NCBI GenBank assembly: GCA_963716725.1
Contig: CAVQUB010000015.1
Coordinates: forward strand, 416,001-480,000
Source: an uncultured delta proteobacterium
Lineage (GTDB): Bacteria; Myxococcota_A; Polyangia; Polyangiales; Polyangiaceae
Direction of reading: 5' to 3'
Length of the DNA stretch: 64,000 nucleotides
Shown here one piece after another: positions 10,015 to 18,518 of the stretch. The first letter of the stretch is position 1. Each line of letters opens with the position of its first letter. The notes beneath the pieces are model-generated. The model was not told where the DNA came from and ran no database searches. It saw only the letters and a program-made list of their open reading frames with translations. The position numbers and the translations under genes are program-made.

Positions 10015-11175
10015 GTGAGCGAATCACCCGCGCGCCCGTCACCCGCGCGCCCGCCGCTGTGGAAACGCGCGGCGGTGTTGCTGCTGTGCTTGCTCGCGAC
10101 GGCCAGCGTGGTCCCCCGCCATGTCGCGGGCCGGGGAGCGCGCGCGCTGTTTCGGGGAGATCTCAGCGAGCAGGACGCGCTCGCGCGGCGAGTGGTCCGC
10201 AGCGTGATGCAGCAAGAAGATCTGCTGTTTTATCGCACCGGGCAGAGTCGATTCGACGGGCAGAGCGCCATCGCCATCTACCAGATGACGCTGCTGGGGC
10301 TCGGGCAGATCGTGCTCGACCATCCCGAGAAGAAGCCGGACTACCTGCCCGCCATGCAGCGGGCCGCCAATCGGCTCGCGGATCCTCGCACACTCGCCTA
10401 CGCGGCGCAGGTCTACGGCGCTCACGGGGTGTCGCGTATGCGTGACGGCGAAGGGCACGCCTACCTGGGCTACGTGAACCTCGGGCTCAGTATGCTGCGG
10501 GCGGTCGAGCCCGACACGCGCCACGCGGCGCTCAACGACCGCATCACCGACGAGCTGGCTCGACGGGTGTTCGCCGCACCCACGGGCATGACCGAGACCT
10601 ATCCGGGTGAGACGTGGCCTCCGGACGTGGCCGCTGTCGTCGGATCCATCGGGCTGCACGCGCGAGCCACCGGCCGGGATCGCTCCGCCGAGTTGGAAGC
10701 GTGGGCGACCCGCTTCTCGAAGTGCGCGGTCCACGTCTCGGGCTACTTGGTGCAGCGCTCACGGAGCGGGACCTGCATTCCGCTCGACGCCCCGCGTGGC
10801 TCGGGCACCGCGGTGGGCGCCTATTTCCTCAGCTTTGCCCACCGTGGGCTGTCGTCGCGGCTTGCGACGGCCGTCGTGGGCAGGGGGCGCCGCTCGCTCT
10901 TCGGCTTCGGCGCGATCCGAGAGTACGCCGACGGATTCGAGGGCAAGGGCGACGGGAACGCCGGCCCTATCGTGCTCGGAGTATCGGTGGGCGCGACGGG
11001 GTTCGGCATCGGCGCTGCGCGTGCCCACGGCCACGCCGACTCGTTCGTCGAACTCGCACGCACCGCGTCGCTCTTCGGTGTCTCGGTTTCGCCCGGGGAT
11101 GAGCGCGGTTTTGCCATTGGAGGTGCGCTCGGAAACGCTCTGCTCTTGGCCATGCTCACGGCGAGGCCCGGATGA
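10015..11175 (+). CDS. secreted alpha/alpha-barrel protein, linalool dehydratase/isomerase-like
   Basis: signal peptide; YLGYVNLGL and ETYPGETWPPD motifs recalled from that family (not searched). Confidence 0.55.
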   Translation: MSESPARPSPARPPLWKRAAVLLLCLLATASVVPRHVAGRGARALFRGDLSEQDALARRVVRSVMQQEDLLFYRTGQSRFDGQSAIAIYQMTLLGLGQIVLDHPEKKPDYLPAMQRAANRLADPRTLAYAAQVYGAHGVSRMRDGEGHAYLGYVNLGLSMLRAVEPDTRHAALNDRITDELARRVFAAPTGMTETYPGETWPPDVAAVVGSIGLHARATGRDRSAELEAWATRFSKCAVHVSGYLVQRSRSGTCIPLDAPRGSGTAVGAYFLSFAHRGLSSRLATAVVGRGRRSLFGFGAIREYADGFEGKGDGNAGPIVLGVSVGATGFGIGAARAHGHADSFVELARTASLFGVSVSPGDERGFAIGGALGNALLLAMLTARPG

Positions 11176-11432
11176 AACGCGCGCTTTGGGTCGGTGTGGC
11201 CTGCGTTGTGTTGATCGTGAGCGACCAGATCTTCGCGCGCGTGCTCGCTTCGCGTGAGCCGCTGCAGGCCATCCTCACGGGGCAGTTCTGGGTCGGTCTG
11301 CTCGCGGTGGCCGCACTCGGGCTGCGGCTCGTGGTCTGTTGGGCGCTGCCGGCTTGGTTGGCGGCGAGCGCGATTGAAGGTGTGCTCCGCTGGCGCGAGC
11401 GCGGACGTTCAGCGCCGGCACGCCCGCGCTGA
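11172..11432 (+). CDS. small membrane protein
   Basis: ATGA overlap with upstream gene; 86 aa, mostly hydrophobic. Confidence 0.65.
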   Translation: MKRALWVGVACVVLIVSDQIFARVLASREPLQAILTGQFWVGLLAVAALGLRLVVCWALPAWLAASAIEGVLRWRERGRSAPARPR

Positions 11433-11441
11433 GCTCGACCG

Positions 11442-12116
11442 TCACGACAGGCGGTCGAGGCGCGACAGATGGTGGTGGTCCCCGAGCAGGGCCAAGACGT
11501 CTTTGTCACGTAGCCTCTCGTCGGCGCTGGGAGAGACCTTGGTTTGCTGGCCATCGTCGTCGTCGGCACCCCGCTGGATGGCGATCAGCGTCAGTCCGAA
11601 GCGAGGGCGCAATTCCAGCTCGCGGAGCGTCTTGCCCACGAAGGACTTGGGGCAAGAAACTTCCACGATCGAGTAGTCGCGTGACAGCTCGATGTAGTCG
11701 AGGACATTGGGCACGAGCAGGCTGCGCGCCACTCGCACCGCCATGTCGTGTTCGGGATAGACCACGCGGGTCACCCCCAACTTCTGCAAGATTTTGCCGT
11801 GCAGCGGCGTGGCCGCCTTGGCGATGATCTCGCGAATGCCGAACTCCGCGAGCTGCATCACGATCAGCACGCTGGACTCGATGTTCTCACCGATCGACAC
11901 GACCGCTACGTCGGCGTCCTGGACCCCTGCGGCCTTCAGCGCGCGCTCGTCGACGGCGTCGAGCACGACGGTCTGACTGAGCGTGTCCGCCAAGTCGGCG
12001 ACGCGCCCCTCGGAATTGTCGATGCCGATGACCTCTTGCCCCAGCTCCATCAGAGTTGTCGCCATGGCCGTCCCGAAACGGCCGAGCCCGATCACCACAA
12101 AGGTACGATGGTCCAT
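11442..12116 (-). CDS. ktrA: TrkA/KtrA-family K+ uptake regulatory (RCK) subunit
   Basis: VIGLGRFG Rossmann motif, RCK-C domain, adjacent to the KtrB-like gene. Confidence 0.92.
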   Translation of the reverse strand: MDHRTFVVIGLGRFGTAMATTLMELGQEVIGIDNSEGRVADLADTLSQTVVLDAVDERALKAAGVQDADVAVVSIGENIESSVLIVMQLAEFGIREIIAKAATPLHGKILQKLGVTRVVYPEHDMAVRVARSLLVPNVLDYIELSRDYSIVEVSCPKSFVGKTLRELELRPRFGLTLIAIQRGADDDDGQQTKVSPSADERLRDKDVLALLGDHHHLSRLDRLS

Positions 12117-12120
12117 GAAT

Positions 12121-13461
12121 TCATCCGATCAGAACCCGGCCCTCGGGGTAGCGCAGTCGTGCTCGCTCGCGACGGGCCGCGAAGGCGATCGCGACGGTGA
12201 GGGGACCCACGCGGCCGACGAACATCATGACTATCACGAGCAGTTTGCCCGCGGGAGAGAACTGCCCGGCCAGGCTCAGCACGCTGCCCGAGTGGCCCAT
12301 CGACAACCCGGCGGTGCTGAGCGCCGACGTCGTTTCGAACAAGGTCTCCAACAGACCCCGGCCCTCGATCATCAGAGTCACGATTGCAGCGCAGTTCAGT
12401 GCCAGGAAAGCGATGAAGGAAATCAGGAACGCCTTGAACACGACTTCGAGGCCGATCCGGCGTTTGAAGACCGTCGGTTCTCGGTCGCCGCGCACAGTTG
12501 CCCACAGCGCGAGCACCGTCACCCCGAAGGTGGTGGTCTTTACGCCACCACCGGTTCCTCCGGGCGACGCTCCCACGAACATCAGCGCCATGATCACGAA
12601 CAGGCTCGGAATGGTCAGACCGGCCATGTCCAGTGTGTTGAAGCCTGCGGTGCGTGGCGTGACAGACTGGAACCAGGCCGCCAGCAATTTGGTCTGGAGC
12701 GGGAGCGGTCCCAGCGTCTTTGGGTTCGACCACTCCAACAGCAAGATGGCCAGCATGCCGCCGAGCAACAGCGCTGCGGTGACGACTAGGGTGAGGCGAG
12801 TGTGCAGCATGAGGCGATCCCAGCGCTTGCGCGAGCGGAGCTCCCGCAGCACCAAGAAGCCGAGACCTCCGAGTATGACGAGCGCGGTCATCACCAGGTT
12901 GACGCTCGGATCCGACCGGTAAGACACGAGATTATCCGAAAACAGCGCGAATCCGGCGTTGTTGAAGGCCGAGACGGCGTGAAAGATGCCGTACCAAGCC
13001 GCCCGTGGCAGCCCGAACTCGCTCGTCCAGCGCGCGGTCAGGATGCTCGCGCCGACCAGCTCCACCACCATCGTCGTCTTGAACACGACGAGAACGAAAC
13101 GAACGAGGTCGTGCCTCGAGTCGAGGTTCAGTGATTCTTGGACCGTGATGCGCTCCTGCAAGCTGAGCTTTCTACCCAGCGCCACCGCCAGAGCCGTGGA
13201 CAACGTCATGTAGCCGAGTCCCCCAGCTTGAATCAGCAACATGATGATCAGCTGCCCGGTCGGCGAGAAGTCCACCGGCGTGTCCTTGACGATCAGGCCG
13301 GTGACGCATACCGCCGAGGTGGAAGTGAAGAACGCGTCCAAAGTCCCCACGAATTTTCCTGGGGCGGCGCTCATGGGTAGGCGCAGGAGCGCGCCGCCCA
13401 AGGCAATCAGAGCCAGAAACGAGACAGCCAGAAACTGCGGCGGGGAGAGCTTTCGCGGCAT
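12121..13461 (-). CDS. ktrB: TrkH/KtrB-family K+ uptake membrane subunit
   Basis: FTSTSAVCVTGL, SAFNNAGF, RTAGFN, GASPGGTGGGVKTTT, SALSTAGLS pore motifs. Confidence 0.92.
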   Translation of the reverse strand: MPRKLSPPQFLAVSFLALIALGGALLRLPMSAAPGKFVGTLDAFFTSTSAVCVTGLIVKDTPVDFSPTGQLIIMLLIQAGGLGYMTLSTALAVALGRKLSLQERITVQESLNLDSRHDLVRFVLVVFKTTMVVELVGASILTARWTSEFGLPRAAWYGIFHAVSAFNNAGFALFSDNLVSYRSDPSVNLVMTALVILGGLGFLVLRELRSRKRWDRLMLHTRLTLVVTAALLLGGMLAILLLEWSNPKTLGPLPLQTKLLAAWFQSVTPRTAGFNTLDMAGLTIPSLFVIMALMFVGASPGGTGGGVKTTTFGVTVLALWATVRGDREPTVFKRRIGLEVVFKAFLISFIAFLALNCAAIVTLMIEGRGLLETLFETTSALSTAGLSMGHSGSVLSLAGQFSPAGKLLVIVMMFVGRVGPLTVAIAFAARRERARLRYPEGRVLIG

Positions 13462-13572
13462 GCGCTCGTGGCGGCGATGGTAGTTCCTTGGCGCACGCGC
13501 CACCAGAGTTCGGCCTGGAGCTGGCCAAAGCAGTGACTGGGGGCCGCTTCGGATCCGGTGTATGGCCGGGTC

Positions 13573-15345
13573 ATGGGGCTTTTCGATCGCTTCACCCGCA
13601 AGCCGACTGCGCCGCCGCCCCCGCTCGCTCCGCTCGTCGCGCTGCCAGTCTCCGCACAGATCGCCAGCTTCGACGTCACTGACGCCGTGGGCACCTTGGT
13701 GCTGGACGCATCGACGCGCTTGCGCTTCGGTCGTTCGGCCTGCCACGGATTCGAGCCGGTGGTGGGAGCGAAGGTCAGCGTCCGAGAGGTGGAGCCCAGT
13801 CGCTTCGGGCCGCGAGCAACCCGGCTGGAGCTCGACCCAGACGACGCGGACTATGATCGTCTCCTGCGCGAGCGCGACGCGAAGGCGGGCATTCACCCAG
13901 AAGAGCAGCCGGAAGACGCCGCGGCGGCAGCCCGGGCGCTCGCCTGGATCACGATCCTATTGGATCGTCCAGTTCCGCAGGGACCGCAGGCTCAACGCGC
14001 CTGGGTGGGCGAGATCGGCCTCGAAGAGCCGGGTCTCGAAATCAAGACCGACGCACGTCTCGGGTTCCGCTTGCTCGGACACGATTTCCTGACTCACGTG
14101 AGCGATCAGGGGTTTCCTCGAGCCGATCTCGATCTGCGCGACGTGGGCGACGACTTCGACCTCGGCGCGGGCTTCGTCGCGCTGGGGCTCGGAGAGCCGG
14201 GCATGTTCCGCGCATCACGCGCCCTCGGAGACCTGCCCGACGTGTGGGCGCCCAAGGGGGCGCTCCGCGCGCTGTCGAAGCTCGCGGCGACGCTGGTGCA
14301 GCACGGCCGCGGCGTCGTCCTGCACCGCGCCGGCAACTTGGTGGTCGGCAAGAGCGACTTCCTCCGGCAGATCGGCGATCTCGACGATCCAGAGTGCATT
14401 CCCTTCTCTGCCTGGCTCGACTTCACCATCGAGGGCGCGACTCCGGTGTACCGCAGCTGGGGCATGGACGCCTTCGCGTTTCCCGACGTCGAGGTGGCCG
14501 TAGATCCGGGTGACAGCTGGCAACGCTCGCGGCGTCACGAGGCGGTGATTGTCGCGTGCGCACGCATGGTGCGCGAGAACCGCGAGCTTGCAGTGGGCGA
14601 TGAGCTGGCGGTGCCCATCGGCGTGCGAGTGGGCGCCTACCCGGTCGCGAGCGCCGAGGGCGACGTCGAACGCTACCGGGTGAGCGGCGCAGCGGGCCGA
14701 ATCGAGCTCACGGCGTCGGGGCCGGCCATCGATCCCGCCGAACGCTGGGCCAGGGCTTCCGCGCCGGAAGGGCGGGATCCGTCGCTGATCGCGCCCAACA
14801 CCTATCGCGCGCTCTTCAGCGGACGATTCTCGGAGGCGTACCCGAGCGAAGTCGTGGCCGATGTGCCGTGCATCGCCGAGGGAGTCGTCCCGCATTCCAT
14901 CGAAGTGCGACGTCCACGCGCCGATCCGGGCTTCGTGATCCTGACGGCGGGGCTCGGCCGGCAGGCGCAAGCCGGCGGTGACGCCGTTGGTTTTCCCCAC
15001 GTGGAGCTGGCGGCCTGGGTCGATGACCACTCCTTCGAGCTGGTCACTTGGGTGGGGCGGCTGGCCCGGACCCTGCACGGTCGCGGATCCGATGCGAAGC
15101 CGTGGAAGACCGGCGACACCCTGCGCGCGCCCATCGCGGAGCTCGACATCGGCGGTTTCGTCCTGGCAGAAGGCGGGTTTGTGGTGATGCCGAAGGGCCA
15201 GCCGGTCACGGTGCTGTCGCTGGTGCCGCTCGCGCCTGCCGAATACGACGAGGCGGCGGGCGCGGGCTCGGAGTGGCTCGAGAAGCACTGGCACGATCCG
15301 GAGGTGCGTTCCCGCGTGCGCGCCCGCTGGCAGAAGTCGACCTAG
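13573..15345 (+). CDS. multidomain hypothetical protein with C-terminal Suppressor-of-fused (SUFU)-like domain
   Basis: 590-aa ORF; C-terminus ILTAGLG...HVELAAW...GDT...VTVLSLVPLAPAEY resembles SUFU. Confidence 0.6.
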   Translation: MGLFDRFTRKPTAPPPPLAPLVALPVSAQIASFDVTDAVGTLVLDASTRLRFGRSACHGFEPVVGAKVSVREVEPSRFGPRATRLELDPDDADYDRLLRERDAKAGIHPEEQPEDAAAAARALAWITILLDRPVPQGPQAQRAWVGEIGLEEPGLEIKTDARLGFRLLGHDFLTHVSDQGFPRADLDLRDVGDDFDLGAGFVALGLGEPGMFRASRALGDLPDVWAPKGALRALSKLAATLVQHGRGVVLHRAGNLVVGKSDFLRQIGDLDDPECIPFSAWLDFTIEGATPVYRSWGMDAFAFPDVEVAVDPGDSWQRSRRHEAVIVACARMVRENRELAVGDELAVPIGVRVGAYPVASAEGDVERYRVSGAAGRIELTASGPAIDPAERWARASAPEGRDPSLIAPNTYRALFSGRFSEAYPSEVVADVPCIAEGVVPHSIEVRRPRADPGFVILTAGLGRQAQAGGDAVGFPHVELAAWVDDHSFELVTWVGRLARTLHGRGSDAKPWKTGDTLRAPIAELDIGGFVLAEGGFVVMPKGQPVTVLSLVPLAPAEYDEAAGAGSEWLEKHWHDPEVRSRVRARWQKST

Positions 15346-15372
15346 GCGTTCGGCGTTCGGCGTTCGGCGTTC
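15345..15372 (+). repeat. 7-bp tandem repeat (GGCGTTC)x4
   Basis: read directly, starting at the stop codon of the upstream gene. Confidence 0.9.
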
Positions 15373-15443
15373 GGCGCTGGGCGCTTACGCTGGCTTCGCG
15401 AAGGCGGGGGCGAGATTGAGAAGAATGCTCTAACCTCGCGCTG

Positions 15444-15803
15444 ATGGCCTACCGGGACTCGGGCTCGCAGCTGCTCTCCAAGGTCCTCGAACTCGAGGCG
15501 CACCTCGACGGTCTGCGGCCGCGCATCGAAGCCCTCGAGAGCGCCGTGAGCCGACTCGAAGTGCGCGCCGCGATGGCGCCGATCCCCGGGCAACGCGACC
15601 ACGGCGGTGATCTCTCGGTAGCCGTTGCGCAGAACGAAATCCGCGACCAACACGTCGCCAAGCAGGTGGGGCATCTGGCACTACGAGTGAAGTCTCTCGA
15701 ACAACGGCTGGGCGCTGAACCGCCGCCGGCACGGGATCACGATGACCTGCGGGCGCTGGTCGACGAAGAGCTGGCCCTGGGCCCGCCGCATCGGCGGCGG
15801 TGA
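15444..15803 (+). CDS. hypothetical coiled-coil protein
   Basis: 119-aa ORF with heptad pattern (LLSKVLELEAHLDGLRPRIEALESAVSRLE). Confidence 0.65.
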   Translation: MAYRDSGSQLLSKVLELEAHLDGLRPRIEALESAVSRLEVRAAMAPIPGQRDHGGDLSVAVAQNEIRDQHVAKQVGHLALRVKSLEQRLGAEPPPARDHDDLRALVDEELALGPPHRRR

Positions 15804-16007
15804 CACTTCAGGATCTGTCGAACAAAGGGTGATGGATGGATGGCAGCGACTGCGGCGGCGGCCATTCGTACGGGTCGCTGCGCGTCGCCGACGTGATCCA
15901 TCGGCCGGCGGGGCACGGCCCGTGCGGGAGACCGGCTCAGGTCGTCGTGGTGGTTGGGAGTGTCGAGGCGGCTGGCGTGTGGAAGGTCGGCTGCCGTCGA
16001 CGCTGCG

Positions 16008-16594
16008 TCAGCCGAGCAGCTTTGGGGCGTGCCGCAGGAGGTTGGAAGAGATGGCGTTGAGCAAGATCACGCAAGTGATCTTGGCCGCGCCGCGGACGAG
16101 CACCTGGGTGATGCCGTGATGGGTCTTCTGGTGATCCGCGTGCCGTCCTGCGCCACCAGATCGAGCGACAGGAGCCCCTTGTGCCTCAGCGACGCGAGGA
16201 TGTCGGTCATCAACTGGTCGAGCGCCTCGCCGTGGTCGACGCGAAACGACGACAGCGTGTGATGGCTCACCTTCAGGTCCCCGATGATCCAGCGATACGC
16301 ATCGTCGCTGCCGGTCAGGCGCTCGATCTCAGGCGCGCCGCCGACGGCCTGCGAAATGGCGTACAGCCAGAGCACCAGCTTCATTCGCGGTGACAGCGTC
16401 TTGCGCCCGACTGTGCCCTCCACCGCCTTCACACCGTCGAGAAACGCGCCGAGGTCCAGCGTGCCCACCACGTTCCAAAGCACGCGCGCCGGGTGCGTCG
16501 GCGCAAGCGCCTCCTCCGGCAGCTCGAATCGGATCACGCACTGGCTCCGCTGCGGCTCTTTGACTCGTGGCTTGCCACCGCGCTCGTCGTTCAT
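16008..16594 (-). pseudogene. IS1182-family transposase, internally deleted
   Basis: N-terminal DUF772-like region (HPARVLW, LVLWLYA, IERLT...YRWI...HHTLSSFR) up to DGTRI, joined out of frame at ~16133 to the C-terminal tail KTHHGITQVLVRGAAKITCVILL...NLL. Confidence 0.85.
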
Positions 16595-16637
16595 GCCTAC
16601 GGCACAGGAGCCAGCCGATTTCCATTTCCGGAGACTT

Positions 16638-17960
16638 TCATTCTTGGGTCTCCTCACATCTTCGTGGATGCGGGGAGTAGCCACCGTCGGGGAGGCCGCG
16701 CCGGCGAGTCGGGTCTTCGCCTGCACCAGGGGCTCCGGGGACGCCGGCGCTCCCTCGGCATCGCGCAGGCGACACGGTGGGGGTGAGCTCGGCGAGCGCC
16801 GCCCTGAGGAGCGGCTCGAGCCCGGGCTCGACGCCTCGAGCGCGCGCTTGCTCGACCGCGCGGCGAGCCTTCGCAACGCGAAAGCCGAGCCGTACCAGTG
16901 CGGCCTGGATCTTCTCTGAGCTCTCGTCCCGCTCGGTCGGCGTGTCCGGACCTGGCTTCTTCTCGCTCGCTTCAGCGATCTTCTTCCGGATCTGATCTTC
17001 GCCGAAGACTTCTCGTGCGCGCAGGGCGTTGTGCGATGAACACAGGAGAGAGAGGTTGTCCACGGTGGCCGGACCGCCGAGCGCGTGCGGCTCGATGTGC
17101 TCGACGGTGACGAAGCGCCGCTCCGAGCAGCGCCGGCCCTCGCTGTCGAGGTAAGTGCACTGCCCGCCATCCCGCTTCCAGACGACGCGGGCGACCTCCA
17201 CGGGGACATGCCGCGAGCCTGGCTCGATCGCGCGTCGCTTGCGCGGCTTGCCCGCGCCGAAGCGGCGCTTCGTCTCGGCCTCGAGCAGCGCCTCGATGGC
17301 GCGCTCGAACAGCGCGGCGAGATCCCCGCTGGGGATGGCGTGGCCCAGGAGGTTCTGGGCCTTCACGAGCTTGTCGTGGAGCGCGGCGCTGGCGGTGAAT
17401 TCGACCCGGTAGCTGGACGCGGAGAGCGGCTGCACTCGGGGCTTCGGAGCCGGCGCGGGCGCGGGCTCCGTGCACGCGCCGGGCGCCGCGGTGGAAGGAC
17501 CATGCTCGAGCATGATCGCTGGACAGCCGGGCAAGGGCGTCACGCTCGGCAGAACGTCCGACCGAGGAAATGAGCGGGCCAGCAAACACTCGAGGTCACG
17601 CCGAGACTTGCCCCGAGCTTCGGCGAGCAGGGCATCGGCGTTCTCCAAGGTCAGCCGCCCCGACAAAAGGAACAGGCCGGTCAGGTGGATTCGCCCGCTC
17701 CGGAGCTCGTCCAGGGCCTGGGGCAGGCGCTGGCAGAGCCGGGCCACGCCGACCCGCACCTGGGCCTCGTTCTCGGAGTAGCCGAGCCGCTCGGTGCAAT
17801 ACGAGGAGAGCGATGAGCACGCCGCCGCTGTGTACAAGCGGCGGCGGTCGAGCTCGCAGAGGTACGCGATGAGCTCGGCGGTGGCTTCGCGTTCGAGAGC
17901 CCGAAGGCTGGGCAAACGCGCGAGGAGAGCCTGGTTGTCGAGAGAGTCGAGCGCGAACAT
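16638..17960 (-). CDS. HNH endonuclease with helical (DUF222-like) N-terminus and RuvA-C-like tail
   Basis: VWKRDGGQC...RC...VEHIEPHALGG...DNLSLLCSSHN HNH/Zn motif; tail ALVRLGFRVAKARRAV...LLRAALAEL. Confidence 0.88.
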   Translation of the reverse strand: MFALDSLDNQALLARLPSLRALEREATAELIAYLCELDRRRLYTAAACSSLSSYCTERLGYSENEAQVRVGVARLCQRLPQALDELRSGRIHLTGLFLLSGRLTLENADALLAEARGKSRRDLECLLARSFPRSDVLPSVTPLPGCPAIMLEHGPSTAAPGACTEPAPAPAPKPRVQPLSASSYRVEFTASAALHDKLVKAQNLLGHAIPSGDLAALFERAIEALLEAETKRRFGAGKPRKRRAIEPGSRHVPVEVARVVWKRDGGQCTYLDSEGRRCSERRFVTVEHIEPHALGGPATVDNLSLLCSSHNALRAREVFGEDQIRKKIAEASEKKPGPDTPTERDESSEKIQAALVRLGFRVAKARRAVEQARARGVEPGLEPLLRAALAELTPTVSPARCRGSAGVPGAPGAGEDPTRRRGLPDGGYSPHPRRCEETQE

Positions 17961-18518
17961 GTCTCGGCATACCACGAGGATTTTCCGGTCCCGCCGCGGC
18001 CACCGAGAGCGACGAACGCAGAGCTCGACGCGTCGAAAGTCATCCGAGAGCCAGAGCGCCGTCGTGGATCATCCTCGCGCTCGCACGCGGCAATTTTCGA
18101 ACGAAGCGTCATCCCCGCGCGTCGTGCGTTCAGAAACCTGTCCACCGAAATCGTGCGAGAAGCGTTCTTTTTCGATTCGCAGCCAGCTGAAGCGTGCGCC
18201 AGAACCACGGTGCTTGCACACCCCCCACACAGAACCAAGCAAAGGGTCGTGCACGGATTGCCGTCGGTGGGCTTGGCAGCGGCAGCGTCGTGGGTGTGGC
18301 GGCGCGCACGTGAAGCGAAGGTCTCCGGCTCCTGCCTGCGCTCGTCCACATCACGCGCATGCGCGGCTTCCTCGATGCGTGCGGGACGATTGCCGTCGCC
18401 GCAGTCGTAATTGATCGTGAACGCGTCGCTTCTTGCGCCCGTCCGGCCCGACTACCGAGCAAGACTGGCTTCAGACGCCCACGAACATGTCAGGAGAGCC
18501 TCATTTTTCGACAGATCT

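Larger units (their letters stand above)
15812..18517 (-). mobile_element. IS1182-family-derived element carrying an HNH endonuclease gene (non-autonomous)
   Basis: terminal IRs GATCTGTCGAACAAAG (15812-15827) and revcomp GATCTGTCGAAAAATG (18502-18517), 14/16 identical; direct repeat TTCAG at 15807-15811 and 18518-18522; transposase remnant inside. Confidence 0.85.

Noticed and set aside
15807..16640. Smaller IS boundary using TTCA at 15807 and 16637 as the target duplication
   Set aside because: The sequence at 16621-16636 matches the left IR poorly, whereas 18502-18517 matches 14/16 and has a 5-bp duplication
16638..17960. HNH protein as IscB, Cas9 or TnpB
   Set aside because: No PLMP motif, RuvC motifs or bridge helix recognisable; only an HNH domain
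17950..18135. LexA box upstream of the HNH gene
   Set aside because: Only half-sites (CGAAC; GTTCAG) are present, without a properly spaced partner
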